Shown in pieces: positions 44,667-54,885 of a stretch of 64,000 bases of DNA; position 1 is the stretch's first letter; each line of letters opens with the position of its first letter. Both the position numbers and the translations under genes were made by a program. The DNA is taken from the NCBI GenBank assembly GCA_965219415.1, contig CBDCNP010000002.1, forward strand, positions 5,280,001 to 5,344,000, written 5' to 3'. This DNA is from Candidatus Marinacidobacterales bacterium. Its GTDB lineage: Bacteria; Acidobacteriota; Vicinamibacteria; Marinacidobacterales; DATDRI01. Below the pieces are notes generated by a model. That model was not told the DNA's origin. It saw only the letters and a list, made by a program, of their open reading frames with translations, and made no database searches.

Positions 44667-44994
44667 TATTTAAGTTACGGTGAGTCGTTTCCGCTCGGGT
44701 GAGCTCGGCGGATTCTTCGGGGGGCTGATTCGCAAGGCGGCCGAAGAAGGGGCGAGCGAAGGACTCCGGCAATACATTGAGGTTAGCAAGACCGCGATCG
44801 AATCGTACTACCGGGATCGCTAATCTCGTTCCCCGCGTCAGGCCGCAACTCATCGCCTAGAACAGCAGCTCAAGCCCCCAAAGGCAACAGCTCATGAGCT
44901 AAAGCCGCAACTCATGAGGAACCAGCACCCGACCAGCGAAGAGGGTGTCTCGTTATCGGTGGGCGGTAGCTCGTTTGCTGGATCGGAGGCTTCC

Positions 44995-45216
44995 TCAGTC
45001 CTTTCCCGCGACCGGGGAAACGATGTCACCGACGATCCGCCCGGTGCCACGAGCGGACCCTAGCCATTTGCGCTTTTCCCTTTTCACCGCGGCCGGAACC
45101 ACCTGAGCGATGGGCTCTCCCCTCCTCGTGATAAGGATCGGCTTTCCGGTTCGTTGAACTTTCTCTAGCAGCTCATGGCAACTTGCCTTGAATGTCGAGA
45201 TATTCACTGTTTCCAT
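44995..45216 (-). CDS. Phd/YefM-type antitoxin (orphan)
   Basis: ISTFKASC..LLEKV..TG.PILITRRGEPIAQVVP; no toxin ORF downstream. Confidence 0.85.
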   Translation of the reverse strand: METVNISTFKASCHELLEKVQRTGKPILITRRGEPIAQVVPAAVKREKRKWLGSARGTGRIVGDIVSPVAGKD

Positions 45217-45247
45217 GAAAAATTGTCCCGATGTTAGCTGGTGCTCA

Positions 45248-48200
45248 CTAGGGAGTCGTAGCTGCGACCCGGTTCCGTCGCTCGACGCGGCGGGTCTGGT
45301 ACCGCTCGCGGTCACGGCGGTGGGCTTCCGTATCAGGAAAACCTTCACCCGGACTGTAGGGGTAGGCCGTCATATCGTGAAACGGAAGAGGTTCAACCGT
45401 ATCCGAAAAGGCGGAGTTGAGATCCATATCCTTTCCAAAGCCATCGGCGAACACCAGGAACGTTCGTGTCCAGCCATCCGGCAATGAAGGAAGGCGGTCG
45501 GCTTGGAAAAAAAGGGTGAGCTCATCGCCGTTCTTGGTGATGACGTAACGATCGTCGATGTCATGCACCAGCTCCCGTACGTCACCATATCGGGTATAAC
45601 CGCCCTCGTGTGCGTCCCAAACCTCGGTCGCAGAGATTCGAGAGTAATCATAGATGTACGGTGCTCGGCCGTCCGGATTGATGGAGGCTGGAAAGCCACG
45701 GAAACCAAGCTCGGCACGATCCGGGGCAAGCTCGGTGACTTGAAGATCGATGTCGGGGGCAACGGTCGCCACCAGGATCTGATCCCAATAGATCTTCTGG
45801 CTGGTGCTGATGCGCACGCGGCGATGTCCTGCGTCGACGATGCCACGTAGATCGACCAGCATGGTCTTGGGAAGACCGGCCGGGAATCCCATCTGTTCGA
45901 TCGCCATGCGAAAGTCGCCTTCCCCGTCCTCCACCTCGAGATACGGGGTCCTCACCGTAGCCCCAGCCTGCCAGGCAGCGAGGTTCGAGCTCGAATCGGT
46001 GTAATCGATCCACCCATAAAGAAGCAGCACCGCCTCTTCCCCGTCGTCGATCTCACCGAGATCCAGCGTCAGGGAATGCGGCTCGGCATAGCCCTTGAAT
46101 GGCAACGTCGTGAGCTCACTGGGATAGAGTCGATCCTTCTCGGCGATCAGATGCGTCACGTCGTTGCCTCGGTGATCGACCGCCTCGATCGGAGGGCGCG
46201 CATCCCGAACCGGATAGAGTTGCGGCTTGGGATAGGGTGGTGCCGGTAAGAGGCGCTCATTGGGAAAGACGTCGACCTCAGCGGGATGATCTACCGCGAC
46301 CAATGACGCTTTGTCATAGCCGAGCACTTCTTCGAGCTGGTTGATCCAGCGGAGCTCATACGCTCCATCCCTCGGTTCGGGCGGAAAGTGCTCGAGCTTG
46401 ATGTACTCATCCGTATCGGGATAGTTGTACTTTCCTGGAGCGTGGAGATAACCGACGGCGGCCCCGCCGAGAAAGTCGGTCACGAAACGAATCTTTTCGC
46501 CATCCCATGTGTAGAGGATCGGACAGGAAGTCCCTTTGCGATTGAGCTCTTCGTAGGTCACGGTCTGGCCGCCTTCGACATCCATCTCGATCTGCTTCAC
46601 ACCACCCGGCCAGAGAAAACGAATGTAATCGGCGGCTTTTTGTGACCCCAGCCCGAAATGAAGGGGCAGATCGTTCTGAGACATGTAGCCGGAGATCGAG
46701 CGGACCTCCCGGCGGACGCGCGCCGAGCCCGCTTTCAGTTCGATTTTGGTTCCGAGGCCATCCTTGTTGCTTCGGAGCCCTTGCGCGATGACGTCGATCC
46801 ACCCTCCCGAGTTGCCGCCATCGTTTCGGAAGAACAACAGCCGACCGCGATTGGTACCGACCACCGCGTCGAGATCGCCATCGCCATCAACGTCCGCGAC
46901 AGCCAGCGCTCGGCCCGCACCAACATTCCCCCTCGGCGTTGCGAGAACGCCGGCCCGCCTATAACCGGAGCGCGAGTTTTCATAGAAGGCGCCGACCGCC
47001 CCGGCCTCGTTCGTCACCAAGAGCAAGTCCAAATCGGCATCGTTGTCGGCGTCCAGGAAGGTTGTGCCGAACCGACCGCCCGGGACTCCGGCTGCCAACA
47101 GACCGGGCGACACCACATCGGGGGTGAAACCGCTCTGCGCGGGCCCACGTAGAAGTAAGTTCAAGGCGGAGCCCTCGGCGGTGAAAAACAAATCGAAATC
47201 GCCGTTTCGATCTATATCGGCGGAATCTATGCCCCGCATCCTTCCGGAGGTTTCGATGCCCCAAGCGCCGGCGCTCTCGGTAAAGGTTCCGACCCGATCG
47301 TTCGAGAAGGCCTGCACCGGTTGGCCATCGTTCACCACCAGGAAATCGATGTCTCGGTCATCGTCCAAATCGGAGAAGACCGAGCCCAAACTTCGGGACG
47401 GTCCGCCCGCGGTGCGACTCGCCGAACCGATCTCCGTGAACGTGCCGTTGCCATTGTTTCGATAGAGACGATTCGGAGCGCCCACTAGGTCTTGTGGCAC
47501 GCGTAGCGCCCCACTCTCGGGATGAGCTTCGGGATCGACATAGTTCGAAACATAAAGGTCCAGATCGCCGTCGTGATCGACATCGGTGAAGGTTGCACTT
47601 ACCGAAACGTCACTGCCACCCACGTCCGCGTCTGATTTTGCGAATTGTCCCGCGCCGTCGTTGAGGAACAGCGCATTCGATCCCGAACCAACGAGATAAA
47701 CATCGGCATCGCCGTCGCCATCGACGTCTCCGACTGTCACGCCGAAAAACTTACCGTTTTCCGGGATTCCCGCCGCACCCTTGCGAAACCGACCACCCTC
47801 GTTGACGAAGACGAGTGCTCCACCGTCTCGAACGAAGATCAGGTCCGGGTCTCCGTCGGCATCGAGATCACGAAAGGCCAGCCCGCTGCCCAAGTGAGGC
47901 AGGAGCCGGCTCTCGATGAAATCCAATCCGAACCTCGAAGCGACGACGGAATCGGGCCAAGCGGGAGGTGATGGCAAGGCCGGTAGGCCGAGCCCGGCTT
48001 CTTGGGTCGCTTCCACCCAGCGGACCGCGGGCTCCACGGTCGCCTCGGGTCGCGCTTCCTGAAGCGGTGGTGATGACTCTTCGATGGCTTCAGCGTAGGG
48101 TCCGAGCTCGGTGTACTGGAGCCCGGCCGATGCGGCCTCGGCGGGAAAACTTTCCTTGAGGTTGCGGAAGATCCCCAACTCTTTTCGGCCCTCATCCGTT

Positions 48201-48754
48201 CTCCCTTGACGAATAAGAACGTTTCCCAAACTGAAGTGGGCCGATTCATTGTTGGGTTGAAGCTCGAGGGTCTTTCTGAGGGTCGCCTCCGCGTCCTCCA
48301 AACGTCCCAGGTTGGCGTAGAGGGTACCCAAGTAGTAAATCGTCATCGCGTCCGTAGGGTCTTGCGCTGCCACCTTTTCGAAGGCGGTCACCGCTTCTTC
48401 CGTGTTTCCCATGAGTTTGAAGATGAGCCCGAGGTTATAGAGAACGTACGGATTGTCGGGACCGAGGGCCTTCGCTGTCTCGAACGCCGCTTGCGCACTA
48501 TCGAAGTCGCGTTGGTTGAAATAGGCGATCCCCAGATTCACCTGGCCGGCTAGCGAATCCGGCTCTAGGGCGACGACCGCTTCGAACTCAGCTGCCGCCT
48601 CCTCGAATCGAAATTGCTCTAGAAGTGCGACGCCCCGGTTGGCGTGAACCTGCGCATTATCCGAGGTTTCCTGCTCTGATGGAAAGCCCCGCAGAGAAAC
48701 TCCAAAGATCAAGACAAGCAAATAGATACCGACGGCTAGATTCGTTGTTTTCAT
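45248..48754 (-). CDS. TPR + FG-GAP (VCBS) + ASPIC/UnbV (CRTAC1-like) secreted protein
   Basis: Signal peptide, about 5 TPRs, multiple DxDxDGDxD repeats, SNKDGLG, LHFGLG, SCPILY, GFGKDMD. Confidence 0.9.
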   Translation of the reverse strand: MKTTNLAVGIYLLVLIFGVSLRGFPSEQETSDNAQVHANRGVALLEQFRFEEAAAEFEAVVALEPDSLAGQVNLGIAYFNQRDFDSAQAAFETAKALGPDNPYVLYNLGLIFKLMGNTEEAVTAFEKVAAQDPTDAMTIYYLGTLYANLGRLEDAEATLRKTLELQPNNESAHFSLGNVLIRQGRTDEGRKELGIFRNLKESFPAEAASAGLQYTELGPYAEAIEESSPPLQEARPEATVEPAVRWVEATQEAGLGLPALPSPPAWPDSVVASRFGLDFIESRLLPHLGSGLAFRDLDADGDPDLIFVRDGGALVFVNEGGRFRKGAAGIPENGKFFGVTVGDVDGDGDADVYLVGSGSNALFLNDGAGQFAKSDADVGGSDVSVSATFTDVDHDGDLDLYVSNYVDPEAHPESGALRVPQDLVGAPNRLYRNNGNGTFTEIGSASRTAGGPSRSLGSVFSDLDDDRDIDFLVVNDGQPVQAFSNDRVGTFTESAGAWGIETSGRMRGIDSADIDRNGDFDLFFTAEGSALNLLLRGPAQSGFTPDVVSPGLLAAGVPGGRFGTTFLDADNDADLDLLLVTNEAGAVGAFYENSRSGYRRAGVLATPRGNVGAGRALAVADVDGDGDLDAVVGTNRGRLLFFRNDGGNSGGWIDVIAQGLRSNKDGLGTKIELKAGSARVRREVRSISGYMSQNDLPLHFGLGSQKAADYIRFLWPGGVKQIEMDVEGGQTVTYEELNRKGTSCPILYTWDGEKIRFVTDFLGGAAVGYLHAPGKYNYPDTDEYIKLEHFPPEPRDGAYELRWINQLEEVLGYDKASLVAVDHPAEVDVFPNERLLPAPPYPKPQLYPVRDARPPIEAVDHRGNDVTHLIAEKDRLYPSELTTLPFKGYAEPHSLTLDLGEIDDGEEAVLLLYGWIDYTDSSSNLAAWQAGATVRTPYLEVEDGEGDFRMAIEQMGFPAGLPKTMLVDLRGIVDAGHRRVRISTSQKIYWDQILVATVAPDIDLQVTELAPDRAELGFRGFPASINPDGRAPYIYDYSRISATEVWDAHEGGYTRYGDVRELVHDIDDRYVITKNGDELTLFFQADRLPSLPDGWTRTFLVFADGFGKDMDLNSAFSDTVEPLPFHDMTAYPYSPGEGFPDTEAHRRDRERYQTRRVERRNRVAATTP

Positions 48755-48870
48755 CGCGACCCGATTATGAACACGCGGTCGAGAGGGTGTCAATGTCGGG
48801 AAGTGCGCGTGCTATAATTTCGTCCACCCCGGCTTTAACAAGCCGGGCTTTTCATTGATAGGGCCAAGCC

Positions 48871-50826
48871 ATGCAACAAGTCCAAAGCCTCACCAAGGGC
48901 TTCGCCGGTCAAATCCTCTTCGACAACGTCACCTGGAGCGTTTCGGAAGGCGACCGAGTGGGTCTCACCGGTCCCAACGGCTCCGGGAAGACCACACTGC
49001 TTCGCATCCTGGCGGGGACGGAGACCCCCGACAAGGGCGACGTCACGGCGCCGCGAGGAACGAGAGTCGGCTTCCTTCCACAGGACGGGCTCAGTCATAG
49101 CGGCCGGACACTCAGAGAAGAAGCGACGTCTGTGTTCGCCGAGGTTTTGGCGCTCCGGGATGAGCAGCGGGAGCTCGAGGAAGCGATGGGCCGGCTGGAT
49201 CCCGAACATAGCGACTACCGGGCGGTGCTCAAGCGATATGGGGAATGCCAAGAAGAGTGGGATCGGCAGGAGGGATTCGGCATCGAAGGACGCGTCGAGG
49301 AAGTCCTCCGCGGGCTGGGGTTTCAAGGTACGGAGCTCAAAGCGCCTACCGAGACGTTCAGCGGCGGCTGGCAGATGCGTATCGCCCTAGCCAAGCTGCT
49401 TCTCTCTCGCCCCGATATTCTGTTGCTCGACGAGCCCACCAATCACCTCGATCTCGAGGCAAGAAACTGGCTGGAGGAATTCCTCGCGGTCTACCCGCAT
49501 GCGGTGGTCCTCGTCTCCCACGACCGCTTTTTCCTCGATCAGGTCGTCACCCGCATCACCGAGATCGATCGGCGCCGACTCCAAGACTACCCGGGCACCT
49601 ACTCCAATTTTCTCGAGGTTCGGGAAAAGGCGATCGCCGAGCTCCGGGCCCGTGCTCGTCACCAACAAGAGGAGATGGAGCGCATCCAGCGATTCATCGA
49701 CCGCTTTCGCGCCAAAGCCAGCAAGGCCAAGCAGGTGCAAAGTCGAGTGAAGATGCTCGAGAAGATCGAACGGATCGAAGTCCCTCCGGAGAGGAAGCTC
49801 ATGAAGCTGCGACTGCCGCAGCCGGAAAGGAGCGGCCGGGTCGTTCTCGAACTGAAGGCGGTCACCAAGAAATATGGTGAGAAGCGAGTGTTCGACGGTG
49901 TCGATCTACTGGTGGAGCGCGGAGAGCGGGTAGCCTTGGTGGGCCCGAACGGTGCCGGCAAGTCCACTCTTATTCGCCTCCTGGCCGGCGTGGAGCCGCC
50001 GAACTCCGGCAAGCTCAAACCGGGTCACAAAGTAAGCCGAGGCTACTTCAGCCAAGAACGGGCCTTCGACCTCGACCAAGACAAGACCGTTCTTGCTAAT
50101 CTGATGGCAGTCGCGCCGGTCGAACTCGTTCCCCGGCTCCGCAGCATCCTGGGGGCGTTTCTCTTCAGGGACGACGATGTGGACAAGAAAGCCAAGGTGC
50201 TTTCCGGCGGCGAGAAGAGCCGGCTCGCGCTCGCCAAAATGTTGCTGCACCCCGCGAACGTGCTCTTGCTAGATGAGCCCACCAACCATCTCGATCTCGA
50301 CTCCAAGGAAGTGCTGCTCAACGCACTCAAAGGATGCACCGGAACTCTCATCTTCGTCTCTCACGACCGCTACTTTATCGACGAGCTGGCCACCAAAGTG
50401 GCCGAAATCGGAAACGGAACGGTCCAGCTGCACTGGGGGAACTACGAGGATTTCGTGCGCGCCACCGCACCCCCGGACGCCGAGGAAGTCCCCAAGGAAG
50501 TCCCTCGGGAGGTCCCGAAGGAAATAAAAGCCATCTCGAAGAAACCTTCGCGACCGACCTCTACCAAGGAAGCCATGGCCGCAGCGCGTAACGGGAAATC
50601 CAACCGAGCGCGGGAACGGCGCAAGAAAGTTCAGAAGCTCGAGGACGGGATCGCCGAGCTCGAGACCGCGATAGCCAGCCTTGAGGGGAGGATGGCGGTC
50701 CCTGGCTTCTACGACGACGCAGGCGCCGCGGCTGGCGTGGTCGCCACACACGAAAGCCTCAAAGTGGAGTTGGATCGGCTCTATAAGGAGTGGGAGAGCC
50801 TTACTGCAGAGACCGAGCGACGTTAA
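48871..50826 (+). CDS. ABC-F family ATPase
   Basis: Two Walker A motifs, FSGGW and LSGGE signatures, two LLDEPTNHLD, C-terminal coiled coil. Confidence 0.95.
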   Translation: MQQVQSLTKGFAGQILFDNVTWSVSEGDRVGLTGPNGSGKTTLLRILAGTETPDKGDVTAPRGTRVGFLPQDGLSHSGRTLREEATSVFAEVLALRDEQRELEEAMGRLDPEHSDYRAVLKRYGECQEEWDRQEGFGIEGRVEEVLRGLGFQGTELKAPTETFSGGWQMRIALAKLLLSRPDILLLDEPTNHLDLEARNWLEEFLAVYPHAVVLVSHDRFFLDQVVTRITEIDRRRLQDYPGTYSNFLEVREKAIAELRARARHQQEEMERIQRFIDRFRAKASKAKQVQSRVKMLEKIERIEVPPERKLMKLRLPQPERSGRVVLELKAVTKKYGEKRVFDGVDLLVERGERVALVGPNGAGKSTLIRLLAGVEPPNSGKLKPGHKVSRGYFSQERAFDLDQDKTVLANLMAVAPVELVPRLRSILGAFLFRDDDVDKKAKVLSGGEKSRLALAKMLLHPANVLLLDEPTNHLDLDSKEVLLNALKGCTGTLIFVSHDRYFIDELATKVAEIGNGTVQLHWGNYEDFVRATAPPDAEEVPKEVPREVPKEIKAISKKPSRPTSTKEAMAAARNGKSNRARERRKKVQKLEDGIAELETAIASLEGRMAVPGFYDDAGAAAGVVATHESLKVELDRLYKEWESLTAETERR

Positions 50827-50863
50827 TGTCAGGGATGACCGGGACGCGAACCGTACTTAGTAG

Positions 50864-51310
50864 CTAGTAGTCGCCGATTTCGAGCTCGCTGATGGCGTCC
50901 TTGGCGAGGGCATCCACTCTTTCGTTCTCCGGATGTCCATCGTGACCTCGGACCCATTCCCACGTCAGCCGGTGTTTCTCTCCGAGATCCCAAAGCATTT
51001 GCCATAGGTCCCGGTTTTTCACCGGTGAACCGCTTGCCGTCTTCCATCCCTTTCGTCGCCAGGCGTGAATCCAGCGCGTCATGCCTAAGGCAACGTATTG
51101 GGAGTCGGTGACGACTCGCACCTGGGAAGGCTGTGGCAGAGATTCCAAGGCGCGGATGACCGCCAAGAGCTCCATGCGATTGTTGGTCGTTTCGGCCTCT
51201 GCACCATGGAGCTCGCGCCGCTCGCTATTTTCGTCGACGATGGCCGCCCAGCCGCCGGGACCTGGATTGCCTTGGCAGGCGCCGTCGGTGAAAACCGTTA
51301 CCTCTTTCAT
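50864..51310 (-). CDS. rnhA: Ribonuclease HI
   Basis: TDGACQGNPGPGG, TTNNRMEL, TDSQY, WVRGHDGHPENERVD. Confidence 0.97.
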   Translation of the reverse strand: MKEVTVFTDGACQGNPGPGGWAAIVDENSERRELHGAEAETTNNRMELLAVIRALESLPQPSQVRVVTDSQYVALGMTRWIHAWRRKGWKTASGSPVKNRDLWQMLWDLGEKHRLTWEWVRGHDGHPENERVDALAKDAISELEIGDY

Positions 51311-51395
51311 GCTGGGAGCCGGCCCATCATACCGGACAGATGATGCTTCGGGGGAATTGGGAAAGGAGAGAAGGTCCTCTTCTACTCCTCTCCCT

Positions 51396-51450
51396 TCCGC
51401 CTTCGCGGAAGCTTCAGCGGACCCGCCGAAGTCCTTAGGACGGAGGCGGG
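51396..51450. repeat. REP-like palindromic element
   Basis: CCGCCTTCGCGGAAGCTTCAGCGG followed by CCGCCGAAGTCCTTAGGACGGAGGCGG. Confidence 0.55.
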
Positions 51451-51524
51451 CAGGGAGAGCATGGCGTCAGTCGATGCCGTGCCGCTATCAAGGGAGCCAG
51501 ACGCGACGCCGGGTGAGGGTGGTC

Positions 51525-51623
51525 AAGAAAAGCTGGGGAGCCGGAGGGGAAGGCCGGTATCCGTGAGGGGTTCCTATGACCGGATCCGGGTGCCGATTTT
51601 CACTTCAATCCCCCGACTCCCAC
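51525..51623 (-). ncRNA. Candidate sigma-54-dependent small RNA (~100 nt)
   Basis: 5' GGGAGUCGG pairs with 3' CCGGCUCCC followed by a U-rich tail; inner CCGGU/ACCGG stem; no ORF; starts 12 nt after the promoter. Confidence 0.55.
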
Positions 51624-51633
51624 CGCTTAGCAA

Positions 51634-51650
51634 TACAAGGCGTGTGCCAA
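51634..51650 (-). promoter_or_regulatory. Sigma-54-like promoter
   Basis: TTGGCACACGCCTTGTA: perfect -24 box TGGCAC-N5, -12 TTGT variant; AT-rich tract upstream. Confidence 0.6.
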
Positions 51651-51732
51651 TCTCCCCTAAATGATGTAACCCATTTAAAATTAATGGCTTGAATGGAAAT
51701 CGCTTCTTCCTGGCCTTCGAAGAGGGCAAGAA

Positions 51733-54300
51733 TTACATAGCAGAAAGGACTACAAAGCACCCGAGCCGACGGGGATCGTCTCCCGTCCCCTCTCGACGCG
51801 GGACGAAGCTTCCCCGCGAGCGAACCGTGATCTCGTAGACCCACCGGTTTCCTGAAGGTCCGCGGAACTCTCGCGGCCGACGCAGCGGTAGCACAACCGT
51901 CTCGCGAGTGGAGGGTCCGAGTGCTTTGTCCAAAGGATCGGCACCCCGTTGCCGGATCTGCACTCGGTTCTCACTCGGCGTATTCGTGAGGGCGAGTTGA
52001 ATCCGATCGATTGGATGTTCGGCTTGCACGAAAAACCTGGTCTCTTCGCCACCTGGAACCCAAACACCTCGGTTCTCGAACCCGTAGCGGCCCTCCGTCC
52101 AGAACCTGGCCGTTTGTTCCGCGCCGCGAATCGCGTGGGTGTCGTTGAACACCGGGCCGGTCTTGGTTGTGACGTTCGATGGGAGGTGTTCCAAAATTCC
52201 AGCCATGATCACCAGAGCTCCAAGCGCGCAGGCAGCCCCGAGTGTCACTCTCCATGGAAAAAGCACCGCATCGCGATCGCGCTGGAGGTCTTCTTGCTCG
52301 ACGCGAGGCGAGAGCGTGTAAACCAGGAGCACCAACAGGACGACCAATGCACCGAGCTTGTAGAAGTGGGCGGGACCCGATCCCACCAATCCCTCGCTCA
52401 AGAAGGTAGGCAAGTATTGATAGGGATCGCTGAAGAGCGTCCGGTCGAGTAGTAGCTTGGTGAGATGACTAGCAACAATGTCCTTCTGAAAAACGATCGT
52501 AAAGGACAGGGTCGCGGCAAAAAGCACCGCGGCCACGCCGGCGAGGAGACCATCGGAAGAACTTCTTCGCAGCACGAAGACTAGGGGCAGCGCGGCCAAC
52601 GGAGTCACACCAAGAATGTAGCGGGCCACCGAGCTCACCGCCCCGGGCCAGTGAGGAAAGGAAGCTATCACGAAAACATAGGACAAGACCACCACCGCCA
52701 GATAGAAACGGATCTCGCGGTGGCGGAATGCCAGTCGCCCCAACCCGGCGAGAGCGAGGGCATGAATGGGCGCGTAGATGAAAAGTCCATTCTCTCTATC
52801 GAGGAAAAGCCCCAGAAAACCCGAGAGCACGTTGCCCGGCTCGAAAGACGTTCGCCCCACCGCCCGGAAGGTCGCATCGGGAAGAATGCTTCCTGTCAAC
52901 GCATGGTTGTAGATGGTGATCGACAGCGCCGACACGATGAGCGGCACGAAGAGAAGCCCCAAACGGACGATGCGCTGCGAGCGGCTCGGCGCCGTGCCGA
53001 GAATCCGCCAGGCGATGAAAACGCCCATGATCGCGGCGGTGAGGGAGTACTTTTGGTGAAGCCAAGGCAGGAAGGCGAGCGCCATCGCACCGAACAACAA
53101 CCCACTCCCGCTCGGTGCCAGTTCGATGAAAAGCTTTCGAAACGCATAGAGCAAGAGAAGTGCAGCGGGAAGCTCTGGATAAATTTGGTACGAGTAAAGC
53201 AGAAGCGGGGGGGATACCGCGAGGGCGAAGGCGGTAACGAAGGCCGCACCCCAACCCACGTCCACCTCGCGCGCCACTCGGAAGATCTCCAAAACCAACA
53301 AAGAGCCGAGGAAGCCCCAAAAGAGGATGGCCGCGACCTGACGGTCCCATCCCAGCCATCGGTTCAACGAGCGATCCAGTAAGTAGGGCGGCACTAAGAG
53401 GAGCCCCGGCCCAGGGGCGTTGATGTAATAGATCCCTCCGTCCGGGCTTCGAAACATCGAACGATTGGCCCGGGTCGCGACGACTTCTCCCACTTTTCCA
53501 TGGCTGGCGGAGCCGACGAACGCTCCCCCCAGCTCGAACGTTTCGCCCACCCATCGCGAAGTGATCCCGGGAAGCCGTGATAGGAATCCGGGGAAACTTG
53601 CCCTCTCGGCGGCCCCCTCCGCTTTCGCGATGTCCAAAGTTCCCGACTGAGAGACCGCCGCCGCCATGCGGAGGTACTTGAACATGTTCCCTTGACCTTC
53701 GCCGTCCTTCCATAGCCAGGACGGAGTGGCCAATGCAAAGATCGTCATCGCGAGGATCATGATCGCGGCACCACCGAGCCGCCAACGACGGAGGTGTCGT
53801 TCGGTCACGGCGAGGAAGGAGAGCGCCGGCCTAGGATCGGCGATACGCCAGATCGTAATGGCAAGAGACAAAGCCAGGAGAGTCCATGTCAGCACGGAGG
53901 CGAAGGAGCCCTCGTAGCCAAGCGTCAAGATGAAGTTCAGACCGTGTGGGAACTGTGGCGATAGAGCGAGGGACAGACAAGAAACGAGTGTTAGACCGAC
54001 CGGGATCAAAAGAGGTGCCATCGAGCGACCGATCCAGGTTAGCAGTTCATCCATCGGTCGCTCGGAAAGCCAGGCGAGAAGAAACGAGATCGCCAACCAG
54101 AGGCAGAGCCCGAAACTCATCACCGTCACGACTTCGGAGACGGCCTCTCCAGCGCGTAGATTCCTGGCCGCCGCGGTGAGGAACGATTCGCCGGTCTGCT
54201 GTCGGAGGAAAACCCGGATGAACCCGTCCAGATAACGGGAGAACCCGAGCGCCGCGAAGACGGTAGCGGTTGTGAGTATTGCCCTGAGATAGCCGGTCAT
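51733..54300 (-). CDS. Polytopic membrane protein, GT-C-like glycosyltransferase
   Basis: Many TMs; SPPLLLYSYQIYPE, LPWLHQKY, GLFLDRENGLFIYAP, RY motifs. Confidence 0.65.
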   Translation of the reverse strand: MTGYLRAILTTATVFAALGFSRYLDGFIRVFLRQQTGESFLTAAARNLRAGEAVSEVVTVMSFGLCLWLAISFLLAWLSERPMDELLTWIGRSMAPLLIPVGLTLVSCLSLALSPQFPHGLNFILTLGYEGSFASVLTWTLLALSLAITIWRIADPRPALSFLAVTERHLRRWRLGGAAIMILAMTIFALATPSWLWKDGEGQGNMFKYLRMAAAVSQSGTLDIAKAEGAAERASFPGFLSRLPGITSRWVGETFELGGAFVGSASHGKVGEVVATRANRSMFRSPDGGIYYINAPGPGLLLVPPYLLDRSLNRWLGWDRQVAAILFWGFLGSLLVLEIFRVAREVDVGWGAAFVTAFALAVSPPLLLYSYQIYPELPAALLLLYAFRKLFIELAPSGSGLLFGAMALAFLPWLHQKYSLTAAIMGVFIAWRILGTAPSRSQRIVRLGLLFVPLIVSALSITIYNHALTGSILPDATFRAVGRTSFEPGNVLSGFLGLFLDRENGLFIYAPIHALALAGLGRLAFRHREIRFYLAVVVLSYVFVIASFPHWPGAVSSVARYILGVTPLAALPLVFVLRRSSSDGLLAGVAAVLFAATLSFTIVFQKDIVASHLTKLLLDRTLFSDPYQYLPTFLSEGLVGSGPAHFYKLGALVVLLVLLVYTLSPRVEQEDLQRDRDAVLFPWRVTLGAACALGALVIMAGILEHLPSNVTTKTGPVFNDTHAIRGAEQTARFWTEGRYGFENRGVWVPGGEETRFFVQAEHPIDRIQLALTNTPSENRVQIRQRGADPLDKALGPSTRETVVLPLRRPREFRGPSGNRWVYEITVRSRGSFVPRREGTGDDPRRLGCFVVLSAM

Positions 54301-54359
54301 GCTTTAGGAGCGGCGATTATACCCGGGACCTCGACGAGTATGGTATCGTCACCGAAAAC

Positions 54360-54770
54360 ATGGCAGAGCCTTTCTACCAAGGCGGACTCCGTTTCGACTG
54401 CCAGCAGTGCCACAACTGCTGTCGGGGCGCGCAGGCCGGCGGCGTCTACCCCAGCCGACCGGAGGTCAAGCGCATCGCAAGCTGGCTCAAACTTTCACTC
54501 AGCAAGTTTCGAAACAAATACATGCTCAAGAATCTCGACGGAGCACCGAGCCTGCGGATCCGTCGGAACGGAGACTGCATTTTTTGGGATGGCGGTTGCA
54601 CGGTCTACTCAGTCCGTCCACGGCAATGCCGTACTTTCCCATTCTGGCCGGAAAACATCGACTCGCGAGAGAGTTGGAACGCCGTGAAGGAAACGTGCCA
54701 CGGTGCCGGAAAAGGAAAGCTGTACCACCTCGAAGAGATCCGCTCGGTGCTGCACGGCCGGGCGACGTAG
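54360..54770 (+). CDS. YkgJ-family Fe-S/Zn cluster protein
   Basis: FDCQQCHNCC, CIFW..GCTVY..RPRQCRTFPFWPE. Confidence 0.9.
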   Translation: MAEPFYQGGLRFDCQQCHNCCRGAQAGGVYPSRPEVKRIASWLKLSLSKFRNKYMLKNLDGAPSLRIRRNGDCIFWDGGCTVYSVRPRQCRTFPFWPENIDSRESWNAVKETCHGAGKGKLYHLEEIRSVLHGRAT

Positions 54771-54885
54771 TCGGCTGGCAGCGACCCCCTCACCCGCCGT
54801 CTGGCCACCTTGTTCGTTGACACAGCGTGTTTTGACGGCCACAGTCCCCCAAGGGGGCGAGGGAATAAAGGAACAAGAGCTTCGA

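Larger units (their letters stand above)
42378..44823 (+). pseudogene. Secreted hypothetical protein interrupted by ISL3
   Basis: Signal peptide; frame resumes after the IS as TVSRFRSGELGGFFGGLIRK to a stop at 44823. Confidence 0.75.

Noticed and set aside
51525-51623. SRP RNA or tRNA
   Set aside because: Lacks the SRP GGAA tetraloop/AGCAG motif and a tRNA T-loop/CCA cloverleaf
54784-54864. Degenerate CCCTCACCC...GGGCGAGGG REP-like element
   Set aside because: Single weak copy between convergent genes; too degenerate to call
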